Made by a program: the position numbers and the translations under genes. A stretch of DNA of 64,000 nucleotides, from positions 1 through 64,000 of IMG/VR virus record IMGVR_UViG_3300022660_000063. The stretch is one strand, 5' to 3'. The stretch's first letter is position 1. The number at the start of each line of letters is the position of its first letter. Below the pieces are notes generated by a model, which saw nothing but the letters and a program-made list of their open reading frames with translations, had not been told where the DNA came from and made no database searches. Shown in pieces: positions 37,854 through 48,732 of the stretch. The stretch comes from a virus (Duplodnaviria > Heunggongvirae > Uroviricota > Caudoviricetes).

Positions 37854-38090
37854 ATGACAGAAAGTCCATATTTTAGAGTATTGGCAAGAAACATGAACTA
37901 TCCAGAATTTGAACCTTATGTATATGATGATATGTTATATGTAGGGAATGTACTTGGTATTATTGATTATTTAAAGCGACAACCTAGTACTATAAATCCA
38001 CACCTAAAAGAAGATAATAGATGGAATGAAATTAAAACTATTGTTGGAATGACAGTAGGTCTAAATGAATTTAATTATAAAAAGAGGTAG
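37854..38090 (+). CDS. hypothetical protein
   Basis: 78 aa; weak RBS. Confidence 0.3.
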   Translation: MTESPYFRVLARNMNYPEFEPYVYDDMLYVGNVLGIIDYLKRQPSTINPHLKEDNRWNEIKTIVGMTVGLNEFNYKKR

Positions 38091-38092
38091 AT

Positions 38093-38263
38093 ATGTGTTG
38101 GTTCTGTAAACATAAATATAAGATTATAAAAGTAGTGCAAGTTTATGATGATGATTTTAATCATTGGTTAAAAACAAATAATACAAAAAATGATTTACCA
38201 ATATATCATAAGTATGTTCTTCAATGTGTAAACTGCGGTAAACTTAAAACTAAAAAAGTATAA
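38093..38263 (+). CDS. small zinc-ribbon protein (57 aa, below ORF-track threshold)
   Basis: MCWFCKHK...CVNCGK; ATG overlaps the previous stop (TAGATATG). Confidence 0.35.
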   Translation: MCWFCKHKYKIIKVVQVYDDDFNHWLKTNNTKNDLPIYHKYVLQCVNCGKLKTKKV

Positions 38264-38566
38264 AAAAGTAAACTCCAGTGTAAACCTTACTTAAATAATT
38301 AAAGTTTGCTACAAAGCTTCTATATAAGCGCTTATATAAATATATTATAGAGACTTAAAGTCTCTATAAATAATATTAATATATATAATATATGCTTGAT
38401 ATAGATTGATTATGATAGCTATAGCGCAGCAAAAATTATGAAAAATAATATTTATGTAAACTCTAAACGAGTTTACAGCGCTAAAATTAAAAAATTTAAT
38501 CCAAACAGAATTTAATTTCAAAAGTTTTAGCTAAATTTATCGTAAAGAGGAGATACTAGAAGATAG
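38264..38566 (+). promoter_or_regulatory. palindrome-rich intergenic hub between early and late-type regions
   Basis: Perfect palindromes tatataagcgcttatata (38321-38338) and tatagagactt-a-aagtctctata (38346-38368). Inverted repeat gtaaactc-taaac-gagtttac (38456-38476). Four GTAAAC direct repeats at 38228-38285. AGCTAAATTTAT motif at 38529-38540. Confidence 0.5.
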
Positions 38567-40036
38567 ATGAATGCAATAGCTAGAATATATGGTAATAGTA
38601 AACATCCAGATATAAGTGGAGAAGTTAAATTTACCCAGTTGGACGATAAAGTAAAAATTACAGCTGATATAAAAGGATTACCAAAATCAACTTTCTTAGG
38701 ATTTCATATACATGCTAAAGGTAATTGCTCAGGAGATGAGCAAGATGAATTTAAAGATGTAGGTAAGCATTACAATCCAGATAGAAAAAGACATCCAAAT
38801 CATAAAGGTGATTTATCTTCTATAAATACATCAACCGGAAAAGTTCATATAGAACAAGAAACAGATAGATTTACAGTCGATGAAATCATTGGAAAAGCAA
38901 TTATATTGCATTCACAGAGAGATGATTTTACAAGTCAACCAGCAGGTGATGCTGGAGATAAGATAGCATGTGGAGTGATAAGAGAAATGAAATTATTAGA
39001 AAATGAATCAAAAAATCCTTTAAAAGATGCAGAAGAATTTGCTAAAAAGCATCAAAAAGGATTAGGAGCATTTGTTAAGTTGAACGCTGGTAATGTAGAA
39101 AAAGGGATAGCAACATTTAATAAAAATATGGGATCTAGTGAAACAAGTACATCTAGCACAGCTATGAGTGAAAGCATAGAATATAAAGGAATTGAATTAA
39201 CTTCAAATAATAAAGAAGAATCAAAAGAAGATATAATAGATAATTTATCAGGCATTGTTGATGATATAGTAAGGGCTGGTTATTTTAACTATTCTGATAT
39301 AATTAGAGTAGAAGAAGTTATAGATGAAAAAACCTTTGATAACTCGCATTTAATTATAACAACGAAAGATGAAGGACCTAAATTATTTACATATGTTGGT
39401 GGTAGGCTGTACAACTACGAACCAAGAGAATATATTAATAGGGGAGTTGAATCAAAGATGAATATCAGAGAAGAATTAAATAAGATTGATATGGATACTT
39501 GCGAAACCGATTTAGTTAATATGTATGAAGCTTGTAAGTTAACAAATGAGGATAAAAAACAAATAGTCGCATTGTTGCAAGAAAATAAAGTAGAAGATCT
39601 AAATAAATTTTTAGAATCTAAATTATTTGAAGATGAACTTGATCCTGAAACATTAGATGAAAATGATTATTCTGAAGAAGATTTAAAAATGTTTGCTAAT
39701 ATGATTAGAGTAAATAGTCCGCGTTTTAGAGGTGATCCATATCCTCCATTCGCAGAAACAAAGATAAATGAATCTAATATCCCAGATAATATGAGATTTA
39801 AAATGTGGGATAGTGAAGTTACAAGTGATGATGTTATCGAATTTACTTGGATAACTCAAGGAGAGTTTACAACTGAAGATTCAGAAATGTTTATAAAAGA
39901 AATAAAAAGAGCTATTAATGCTTTAATAGACAGTTCTAGATTCGATCAACCATTTACTCTTGCCCTAGAAGTAAGATCAAGATCAGGATATGAAAATGGG
40001 CATTTAGTGATAGATTTAGATTTTAACCGAGAATAA
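38567..40036 (+). CDS. Cu/Zn superoxide dismutase (SodC) domain fused to a 350-aa C-terminal region of unknown function; no signal peptide
   Basis: 'GFHIHAKGNC', 'GKHYNP', 'RKRHPNHKGDL', 'AIILHSQRDD' and 'GDAGDKIACGVI'. These reproduce every Cu and Zn ligand position of SOD1/SodC (H46, H48, H63, H71, H80, D83, H120); the R143 equivalent is Lys. Confidence 0.8.
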   Translation: MNAIARIYGNSKHPDISGEVKFTQLDDKVKITADIKGLPKSTFLGFHIHAKGNCSGDEQDEFKDVGKHYNPDRKRHPNHKGDLSSINTSTGKVHIEQETDRFTVDEIIGKAIILHSQRDDFTSQPAGDAGDKIACGVIREMKLLENESKNPLKDAEEFAKKHQKGLGAFVKLNAGNVEKGIATFNKNMGSSETSTSSTAMSESIEYKGIELTSNNKEESKEDIIDNLSGIVDDIVRAGYFNYSDIIRVEEVIDEKTFDNSHLIITTKDEGPKLFTYVGGRLYNYEPREYINRGVESKMNIREELNKIDMDTCETDLVNMYEACKLTNEDKKQIVALLQENKVEDLNKFLESKLFEDELDPETLDENDYSEEDLKMFANMIRVNSPRFRGDPYPPFAETKINESNIPDNMRFKMWDSEVTSDDVIEFTWITQGEFTTEDSEMFIKEIKRAINALIDSSRFDQPFTLALEVRSRSGYENGHLVIDLDFNRE

Positions 40037-40045
40037 GGAGGTTGA

Positions 40046-40858
40046 ATGAAATTTTTATCAAATTCAACAAAAATAAAATGCATCGTGGCCAGTGTTTTAA
40101 CTGGCCTTGCATTCATTACTTTAATAATGCTAACAAGTTTATTAACAGTTACATTTGAAAGTAAATTGACTATGACTTTTATATACACAATAAGTTTAAT
40201 GTTAATTTTACTTATTTGGCAAGGTATATTACAAATAAATGTATTTACTGATTATAAAGCTAAACGAAATTATCTATGTGCAGATGGTATATTAACCTTA
40301 TGTATGGGTGCTTTAATAATTATAAGCGGTATATTATTAAGTGTATTGCAATTAGATAAAATAATGCATGGTATATTTATAGGTACTTCAGACATAAGAA
40401 TATTCTTAACTTGTTTTCTTTCAGTTATAGGTATATGGAAAATATTTGTTACAATTAGAAGTATAAAAGAAAAACATTTCAATTGGTGGTGTGAATTATT
40501 ATTTAGTATATTATGGATTGGATTAGCAATTACTTGTTTATTAACAATGTTTATAAGTTCACAAGCACTGCTTTGGATTATGATTTCAATTGCTTGGGCT
40601 TTAATAGTTCTTACAATATTCTATATGCTTTATAGTTATGTAATTAAAAAACCAGACTACTTAGAAACAGAAGAAGCTATAAAAGAATTAGAAGAACAAA
40701 TGGAAGAAGAACAAGCAAAGAAAGATAAAAATCAAAAAATAACTTCTTCATTTAGACTTCAAGATAAGTTAAGAAAGTTAAAAGAATTGAAAGATAACAA
40801 TTTAATAACAGAAGAAGAATATAATCAAAAGAAAAATCAATTATTAGATACTTTGTAA
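40046..40858 (+). CDS. polytopic membrane protein with C-terminal SHOCT-like motif
   Basis: About 6 TM helices; C-terminus 'KLKELKDNNLITEEEYNQKKNQLL'. Confidence 0.45.
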   Translation: MKFLSNSTKIKCIVASVLTGLAFITLIMLTSLLTVTFESKLTMTFIYTISLMLILLIWQGILQINVFTDYKAKRNYLCADGILTLCMGALIIISGILLSVLQLDKIMHGIFIGTSDIRIFLTCFLSVIGIWKIFVTIRSIKEKHFNWWCELLFSILWIGLAITCLLTMFISSQALLWIMISIAWALIVLTIFYMLYSYVIKKPDYLETEEAIKELEEQMEEEQAKKDKNQKITSSFRLQDKLRKLKELKDNNLITEEEYNQKKNQLLDTL

Positions 40859-40872
40859 GGAGAGAAGAATAA

Positions 40873-41265
40873 ATGGCACTATCAAATATAATCAGCAAAA
40901 TAACTTTAGGGGAATGGTTACAAACAGATTCAGATAATTTTAATTACTGCTATCTAATAGCAATTAAGGGTACTAAACAAGAAGGTGATACTATAGATCC
41001 TAAAGATGTTAGAAGAATAACTTTTGAATTAGGTATCGATTGCGGTATAAGTCAAAAACCTTTAACTATTCAAAGATTTACAATTAACTTTAATGATGAA
41101 ATATCGCCTAATAATGAATTAAACGATATAGCTAGAGGTGTTAGATTAACTAATATACCAAATGAATTTTATATTAAAGTTGTTTCAGTAGATGATGGTA
41201 AGAAAGAAATAGCTGAAGGTACTGTTGCTATAGAAATTAATATGAATTCAATGCAATTAGTTTAA
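40873..41265 (+). CDS. hypothetical protein
   Basis: 130 aa with RBS. Confidence 0.4.
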   Translation: MALSNIISKITLGEWLQTDSDNFNYCYLIAIKGTKQEGDTIDPKDVRRITFELGIDCGISQKPLTIQRFTINFNDEISPNNELNDIARGVRLTNIPNEFYIKVVSVDDGKKEIAEGTVAIEINMNSMQLV

Positions 41266-41303
41266 AAAATTAAAATAGGAGCAGGTTATTTAATCTAATA
41301 ACC

Positions 41304-41315
41304 TGCTAAATTTAA
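41304..41315 (+). promoter_or_regulatory. TGCTAAATTTAA motif copy, preceded by hairpin gcaggttat..ataacctgc
   Basis: Perfect 9-bp inverted repeat 41281-41289 / 41298-41306; motif ends 25 nt upstream of ATG 41341. Confidence 0.4.
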
Positions 41316-41340
41316 TGTATAAAATAAGGAGAATATAATA

Positions 41341-41952
41341 ATGATGGGTATCATATTTCCAATAATAGTTAATTTAGTATTAGTTAGTGTATTTGTATCA
41401 TCTATACTAATTGGTAAGAAACTTGGATGGAAAGCAAGTTTAGTGAATTTATTCATAACAGTTGGTTCGCTTATAGGTGGTTATTATCTTTCCAAAATAG
41501 ATTTCTTTACAAATATACATGCTACTTATTTATCAATATTAAGTGACTTAATGTTTAAAGTAACTTTTGCAAGTTTGTTTGCAACTATTGTATATGTTAT
41601 TGAAGTTATAATTAGTGTTATAATATATAGAAAGAAAAATTTAATTAAAGCAGAAGTTTTAAATACTGCTAAGATAAAAAGAGCAAAAGCAATAGATAAA
41701 AAAGTAGAAAAACTAATTAAAAAACAAGAAAGACAAGCTGAAAAAGTAAATAGAGTTTATAGAAAATTAACTACTAAATCAAGAGTATTTGGTGCTTTAA
41801 TCTGTGTTTTAACAGGTTTATTACTTACTTGTACTTCTTACGTAGGTATAAAAGCAATATGTATCTATGCCCAAGATAAAACTCAAGTTGAATGGTTAGA
41901 TGAGGGTTATATCTATACTTTACCAGGTCAATTGGATAAAGTAATTAAATAA
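41341..41952 (+). CDS. membrane protein
   Basis: Multiple TM helices plus a basic helical segment. Confidence 0.4.
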   Translation: MMGIIFPIIVNLVLVSVFVSSILIGKKLGWKASLVNLFITVGSLIGGYYLSKIDFFTNIHATYLSILSDLMFKVTFASLFATIVYVIEVIISVIIYRKKNLIKAEVLNTAKIKRAKAIDKKVEKLIKKQERQAEKVNRVYRKLTTKSRVFGALICVLTGLLLTCTSYVGIKAICIYAQDKTQVEWLDEGYIYTLPGQLDKVIK

Positions 41953-41964
41953 GGAGAATATAAA

Positions 41965-43689
41965 ATGATATTGAATGAAAATATAGGACTTGCTCCAGTA
42001 GAGAAAGAAGATCATGGTGAAGTTGATCAAACTTATGCAGCTGCTATCAGAGATATAGAAAAAGCAGAAAAAAAGAAAGCAGAGTTCACTAAAATACAAG
42101 CAGAACCTAAACATGATGAAAAACCAAAAAATCCTAAAATGGTTAGTGGTGCAAAGAAAATGCATTTAGATGAAAGTTTGTTTGAAGATATTTTAGATGA
42201 AAAGAAAGAGAAAACTAAAGAAGATATATTAGATGATTTATATGATGAATTACGTAAAGCTAAATATCTAGTTAACGCAGATCCAATTGGCTATAGGATA
42301 GGAAAGAGACAACCTGAAGGTCAGATACAACTTAGTAGAAAAGATAAATCATACGAATTTATAAAAGATGAAAAAGATCTTGATGATGCTAAAGCAATCG
42401 TAGATAAGTATGGCTTTAAGTATTATGTTAAATCAACATTAGGTATACCTTCTCTTTATATAGACACTGAAAGCTTAGAAGAAGAAATATATAGCACTTC
42501 TGGCGCAGCCGGCAAAGAAATGTCTTTTGATATAAAAGATGATGGAACTATCGTAATATATGATGGTGATAAAATAGTTAAGCAAAGCAAAACAAATCCA
42601 ACATATGCTAAACAAGTTTTAAAAGATTTGGGGTTTAAAGAAAAAGAAATTATTAAAGAAGATATTAATAATTTAGAAAAAGAATTTACTATTCATTATA
42701 ATAGAGAGGGATTTGAATATGGTGGATATGGTGCAGTAAGAGTTAAAGCTTCTAATGAAAAAGAAGCTAAAGAGAAATTCTTAGATGAGAAACCCGATAA
42801 AGATATTGAAATAACTTCTGTAAGACCAACTGAAAATGAAGATATTAGAAAAGGTATCAGATTGTTAGAAGATACTGAGATAGTTAAAGAATCTTTTGAA
42901 GACTTCTATGCTCAATTTGATATTAGACCTGAAAGAAAAATAAAAGAAGTTTACGCAGAAATATCCCCAGAAGAATTTCAATTAGATAAAATACACCCAA
43001 CAAAAACTATCGCTGATATATGGTCAGAAATGCAATCAGGAGAAGATTTTTATAGAATAGCTTCAGAAGATGGAGAAGGCTTCGATAGCGCAGTAAGAGA
43101 AGGCATATTTGAAATTATATCTAAAGCTTTTAAAATCCCATATGATACAGTTTATTTAACTTGGAGAAATGGTGGCAAGTTAGAAGAATCTTTTGAAGAT
43201 GAACAAAAAGCGGCAGAAGAAAGAGCGAGAGAAGAGACTATTAAAAAAATGGTTAAAGAAAGAGAAGAAGGTTCTCTCGGTGACAGAATTGAAGCTGCAG
43301 AATTAGAACAAGAATTAAAAGAAGATTATACTGATGGAACTACTATCGAGGATGGGGGTGAAATAACACCAGATTCAATTCAACCAGGTCCAGAAGCAGG
43401 ATTAGCAGCTGAATTAACTAAACTAATTAAAGAAGAATGAGACGCAATTCAAGATTATAATGATGCTATAGTAGCAGCAGAATTAGAAGGTTATCATGAT
43501 ATTGCAAAAGTATTTAAAGATATAGTTAATGAAGAAATGAACCATGTAGGCATGCTTGAAACTTCTTTAAGCACAATATCTCCTAATACCCAGACTATAG
43601 AAGACGGAGAAGCAGAAGCTTCTGATATATTAAATGAAATACCTCACGAAGTTATGGATGAAGACCCTGAAGAAGGTATGCATTATTAA
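41965..43689 (+). CDS. large acidic protein (574 aa) with in-frame TGA=Trp at 43438; C-terminal ferritin-like 'EExxH' segment
   Basis: ORF 41965..43440 continues through TGA: '...LIKEE[W]DAIQDYNDAIVAAELEGYHDIAKVFKDIVNEEMNHVGMLE...' to TAA 43687-43689. Confidence 0.5.
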
Positions 43690-43711
43690 TATTTAAAAGG
43701 AAGATAAGAAT

Positions 43712-44137
43712 ATGGAAATATTTGGATGGATTATGTTAGCTTTATTAGCAGCATTTGGAATATTTATTTTAGTTTTATTTGTTATTCCATTTATTGTAAG
43801 CGAAAGTAAAGCACTTGGTTATAAAATTAAAAAAGCAGTTCAAGATAAAAGAGAAGATATTGATAAAAGATCTGAAGCAAGAAAACATAGAGATGAAATT
43901 AAACGTCAAAGAGACTTTGAACTTGCTGATAAAAAACTAGATGCAAAACTTTTGAAAGTTGACAAACAAATAGAATTGCATAATAAAAAATTAAAACTTG
44001 CTAATGAACTAAAAGATGCAACTAAATCAAGAAAAGAGATTTTAAGAAAAGAAAATACACTTAAACATGTAGAAGAACCAATATACGCAGTTCCAGAAGA
44101 AGATGAAGCTTCAGAAGTTAAAGATATAGAAGAATAA
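43712..44137 (+). CDS. membrane-anchored charged coiled-coil protein
   Basis: N-terminal TM then a Lys/Glu/Asp-rich helix. Confidence 0.4.
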   Translation: MEIFGWIMLALLAAFGIFILVLFVIPFIVSESKALGYKIKKAVQDKREDIDKRSEARKHRDEIKRQRDFELADKKLDAKLLKVDKQIELHNKKLKLANELKDATKSRKEILRKENTLKHVEEPIYAVPEEDEASEVKDIEE

Positions 44138-44145
44138 TTAGTAAA

Positions 44146-44178
44146 GAAGCTATTGATTTAAATATAGCTTCTTTTATT
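44146..44178 (+). terminator. intrinsic terminator
   Basis: aagaagctat / atagcttctt 10-bp stem then a T-rich tail. Confidence 0.55.
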
Positions 44179-44191
44179 TTAAGGAGATAGT

Positions 44192-45058
44192 ATGTCATAT
44201 AATTTATTACTTGATACAAAATTTGAAAACGATCAATGAAAATTTATAAACTGCAGATATGAAAATGGCAAACTTACTTCTAGTTCAAAAATATTTGGTA
44301 TTGAACAAGAATTGATTTTACCAGATCTAACAAAATTATATTTCAGATGTAATTATATGACTGCTTCGAAAGATATCACAGAAGTTAAGATAGGCATACT
44401 TAATAAAAATACTTTGGATATAGATAAACGTTTCCCAAAATATTTAAAATGGAATAATATATCAGTCATAGATTACAGCAAGCAAGAGAAAATAAAAGTA
44501 CATCTAATATTTGAGTCTACAGAAGATATCAACGAAGTATATATAAAAGAACCAATATTAGTAGATTTAAATTATTTACATAAATCTACATGGTTAAAAA
44601 TAATACTAGATAGAACTATAAATTATCTACCTGGCTATTCATATAAAAATGAGTATAAAGAATTACAATTAACTGAAAATAATACTGATTTTAATGTGCT
44701 AAATAGAGAACAAGCTAAAATAGGTTTAATAATTAAAGAAAGTGAAAATAAAGAAGTTACTTTAAATGCTAAATTTATTAGTAATAGGTATTATCTCGTT
44801 AAACTAGATTTTGAAGAAATAAATCAATTAGGTAACCTTTATTTCAAATATGGTTTTTTGAAATCAACTAGAATAAAAGATCAAATATATTTAGTGTTTA
44901 AAGCTAGAGAAAATGAAGACTTAAAATTAATAATTGAACCTAATTCAGAATTATCTTACTGGTTAAATATAAAACATCTGATGATAATTGAGATAACGAA
45001 ATTAAAATTATTAAGAGAAGATATAATAAATCTTCCATATATTGAAGGAGACGCATAA
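44192..45058 (+). CDS. hypothetical protein (288 aa) with in-frame TGA=Trp at 44237
   Basis: AAGGAG RBS then ATG 44192; 'MSYNLLLDTKFENDQ[W]KFINCRY...' joins in frame to track ORF 44312..45058. Confidence 0.5.
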
Positions 45059-45927
45059 TGCAATTTAAAAAATTATTAGAAGATATTAACGACGGGTGGG
45101 AGTTAGAAGATAACTATGATGTTGATTTAAATGTATTAGATGACATGAATAGTTTTATCTATGAGATAAGAAATACTATAAGAGGCGCATATACTAAAGC
45201 AACTACTTATAAAGAATTAGCTACATATATTAGAAATGATCTAATACAGCCGTTAGAATACTTAGCTCAAGATATTGAAAATATAAAAGAAAATGATATA
45301 GATGAATCATTAAAAGAATCTAACGAGGAAATAGAAGATATATCTTATTTAATATTCGATAGTACATACGGCAATAAAGAAGTAGAAGAATTAGATGTTT
45401 CATCCCTTAGTGAAGTAGATCATTATTATAAACTAATTAAAACAGTCAATGAAGCTGAAAAATTTAATTATCACTCAGATTACTGAGGTTATGATGAAGA
45501 TTATCAAGAACAAAATACTGAATTAATAAAGGCTTTAAGTCCTTTTATAAATAAAACTGTTGAAATTGAATATGAAGATGGTTATATAAGAGGTAAACTT
45601 TTAGGTATAGCGATTGATAGACAATATAATAGTATAAGTCACACTAAGGTTATCTTAGATACAATCGAAGAAGTAGCAGAAGAATCTCTAAATGAAACAG
45701 CTGAATTAGATAAAAAAGTATCTATATTAAGAAAGAAAATAAGTATGCTAGATGATAAGGGCTATAAAGAAGGATATGATAAAGTAATAATATCTAACAA
45801 TATAAAAGATACCATTGAAAATCATTTAACAAGATATAAAGATGAGTTAGCAAAAATTTATGATAGTGAAGAATTCTTCGAAGAAGATAAATTAGATTTA
45901 GATGAAGCGCATGGGTTAAAGGAGTAA
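45058..45927 (+). CDS. hypothetical acidic protein (289 aa) with in-frame TGA=Trp at 45484
   Basis: Track ORFs 45058..45486 and 45745..45927 are in the same frame and continuous, with no other stop: '...NYHSDY[W]GYDEDYQEQ...'. Confidence 0.55.
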
Positions 45928-45929
45928 GA

Positions 45930-48182
45930 ATGAAATTATTAAAAGAAGCTGTTGCAGCTAGTAGCACAGAAGAGATAATAGATAGAGTTAGTAAAGCGTT
46001 AGCTGATGCAAGAATTTATCCAGATATTTGGCCTACAGGCAAAGATTCATTCGCAGTATCTATCAGTTGGGGAGATTGGAAACATGATCATTTGTATGCT
46101 GATAAAATAATTGAAGATACTTTAGGTGATATAGATTTCAGTATTGAAAAAGAAGTCACTGAAGAAGATGGTTCTGATACTTATAGTGCTATTCACAATG
46201 TTACTATTTATCCACCTAAAGCTAATTTAGATGAATTAGAAGAAGATATCGATACTATGCCATCAATGGAACATACTTTATATGTTCTTCATAATATAAT
46301 AGGTTGGGAAAGAGATTATTCGCCTAAAGACCTATCAGACGTAAAAGCAGTAGCTGCTGCATGTCATATCTATGACCCAGATTATTCTACACAAGAATTT
46401 TTAGAAGCCATAGAATATTATGATTTATTTGACGATGAAGGTAATGTAATTAGTGAATTAAATGAAGATATAAATGCTCCTTTATATCATTATAGCGACA
46501 CTGAATATAAAGTAGGTGATATTATAAATAAAACTTACAAATTAAGCTCTGAAGTTATTGATGCTTATAAAGATCAATTAAATTTAGATCCTGAACATCT
46601 CATACATATGCTTGATCATAAAGATGAAGATTATGCTAATACTTATAAATATTGTTATGAAGTAGAAGCTCCTGAAACAAGAAAAGCTAAAATGGATTTT
46701 TGCCCAGTACTATGCCAAGATTACTTAGACAGAATAAATAAAAAATACTTGCCAGAAGAGATAGCTAAAGAATTTGCTAAGATGTATGCTGGTTATGAAC
46801 AAAATTCTAGCTTATTAACTTTACTTGGATTAGAACCTTCTGATAAAGAAGAATTCATAGCTGATAGCAATGTTAAAGTAATCAGAAAATGCGATGAAAG
46901 TTTAACAGAAGATATAAATATAGTTTCTTTAAAACAAGAAATTAAACAAGCTGTAAGAGAGAGGTTCTCAGGTTTAGATGAAGAAGATTATAATGATTTA
47001 ATTGGAGATTATCTTTATGTAGATATTATTCCAATTAATAATTTTCAAACAAGGGTGGAAGTTAGAGCACAGTTGCCTTACACTCAAATGGATAAATTAG
47101 CAAATAAGTTAGACTTAATTATCCAAAAATATGATGACAGCGCTTATTTTGATCATGAAGATCTTGGAATTATAACTGCTTATTTAAAAACAGATGCTTA
47201 TAGAAAATGGCATAAAAAAGAAGATGTTGAATTATTAGAAGCTCTATCTATTGAAGATGCAAAAAGAAAAATAGATCAATCTCCTTATCAAATAACTATT
47301 AAAGCAGAAGCAGAAGATGAATTTAAAGATTTTCTATTATCAAAAAATATTTCATTTATAATTGACGATCATTTAACTGCATATGGAAAACACGGTAAAA
47401 ATTCTACTTTTCATTTAAAATATCCTAAGCATAAAGATTTAACAGAAGATACTCATTTAATTAATTCATATTATATAGTAGATTCAGATGGTGAAATTAA
47501 AGGTGATAATTTAACTAGGGAAGAAGCTAGAGAATTAACTAATAAATTAAAAGAAACTGCAGAAGATTATATTTATGTAACTAGAAACGCCACTTATGAA
47601 GTAGAAGGAAGCACAGAAACTGATTTCGAAGATATCATTGATGTAGACATACATGGTTCGGAATTTATTGTTCATAAAGATCTATTTAAATTATTTAGTA
47701 ACAAATTGCAAGAAGGTAGAGCAGACATCTATACTCAATTAGAAGATGAGTATTTTACAGCTTTATCTAGAGCCGAAGAGAAAGGAATCGTTACATTTAC
47801 TGTAGACAAAGATGGCGAACAAGAAGATGAATTTGATTCATTTGATGCTGCTGTTGAATATGCTAAAGAAATAGGTAAAGATAAAATACATGTAAGCAGT
47901 TTTGGTGAATGCTATGGTGCATATTGTGATGGTGAATATGAAGAGCACGATGAACATGTTCTTGATTTAAATAGAAATATAGTTGAAAAACTTATTCAAT
48001 CATCTTCAGAAGAAGCATTTAAGAAAAATGTAGAAACAGAAATAGAAGCAGGTAAAGATCCAAAACAAGCAGTTGCTATAGCACATTCAGTTAAAGAAAA
48101 GAATGAAGATATAGGTGAAGAAACAATTATCTCGGATGAAGATTTTTATAATATAGATGATGATCCAGATATTAGATTATAG
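45930..48182 (+). CDS. large acidic protein (750 aa)
   Basis: Long Asp/Glu-rich ORF with RBS; no motif recognised. Confidence 0.45.
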   Translation: MKLLKEAVAASSTEEIIDRVSKALADARIYPDIWPTGKDSFAVSISWGDWKHDHLYADKIIEDTLGDIDFSIEKEVTEEDGSDTYSAIHNVTIYPPKANLDELEEDIDTMPSMEHTLYVLHNIIGWERDYSPKDLSDVKAVAAACHIYDPDYSTQEFLEAIEYYDLFDDEGNVISELNEDINAPLYHYSDTEYKVGDIINKTYKLSSEVIDAYKDQLNLDPEHLIHMLDHKDEDYANTYKYCYEVEAPETRKAKMDFCPVLCQDYLDRINKKYLPEEIAKEFAKMYAGYEQNSSLLTLLGLEPSDKEEFIADSNVKVIRKCDESLTEDINIVSLKQEIKQAVRERFSGLDEEDYNDLIGDYLYVDIIPINNFQTRVEVRAQLPYTQMDKLANKLDLIIQKYDDSAYFDHEDLGIITAYLKTDAYRKWHKKEDVELLEALSIEDAKRKIDQSPYQITIKAEAEDEFKDFLLSKNISFIIDDHLTAYGKHGKNSTFHLKYPKHKDLTEDTHLINSYYIVDSDGEIKGDNLTREEARELTNKLKETAEDYIYVTRNATYEVEGSTETDFEDIIDVDIHGSEFIVHKDLFKLFSNKLQEGRADIYTQLEDEYFTALSRAEEKGIVTFTVDKDGEQEDEFDSFDAAVEYAKEIGKDKIHVSSFGECYGAYCDGEYEEHDEHVLDLNRNIVEKLIQSSSEEAFKKNVETEIEAGKDPKQAVAIAHSVKEKNEDIGEETIISDEDFYNIDDDPDIRL

Positions 48183-48194
48183 AGAGATTTTATA

Positions 48195-48722
48195 ATGAAT
48201 TATATAAAAGATATTAGATTAAAAGAAGATTCTGCATATGCAGGAATCATTGAAATCCCTAAAGGGACAAACAGTAAATATGAATTAGTTGAACCTAATA
48301 ATGATCATGTAATCTGCGTAAGGAAAGTAATAGGAAAATATCCATTTTATTATGGATGTTTTCCAGAAACTTTTGCTGGAGATGGTGACCCATTGGATAT
48401 GATATTATTATCTAACAAGCAAAGAGGCATTTTAGATATTGTTTCAGTTCAGCCGATAGGAGTTATTAAAACAATTGATGATGGTGAAGTTGATGATAAA
48501 GTATTAGTTATTGCAAACGATGAACCAATCGATCATATAGATAAATTAGAAAAGAAGACTTTAAAATTTCTTAAGAGATATAAAGGTAAAAAATCTAATA
48601 TGATATTAGATGAAACCATATATGATGCTATAGAAGCTATTAAAATAATAAATCAAGCAAACAAGAATTATAAAGAAAAATTTAGTAAAGTAAATTCTAA
48701 TAAAAATTTATCTAGCTTTTAG
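48195..48722 (+). CDS. ppa: inorganic pyrophosphatase (family I)
   Basis: 'IIEIPKGTNSKYE', 'YGCFPETFAGDGDPLDMILL' and 'DDGEVDDKVLVI' match the Ppa active-site pattern. Confidence 0.75.
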   Translation: MNYIKDIRLKEDSAYAGIIEIPKGTNSKYELVEPNNDHVICVRKVIGKYPFYYGCFPETFAGDGDPLDMILLSNKQRGILDIVSVQPIGVIKTIDDGEVDDKVLVIANDEPIDHIDKLEKKTLKFLKRYKGKKSNMILDETIYDAIEAIKIINQANKNYKEKFSKVNSNKNLSSF

Positions 48723-48732
48723 GAGATTATAA

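Noticed and set aside
188-45486. In-frame TGAs as genuine stops creating pseudogenes or gene fragments
   Set aside because: Too many independent cases fall exactly at conserved Trp positions and yield full-length homolog-like proteins. Readthrough always reaches a nearby TAA/TAG without conflict.
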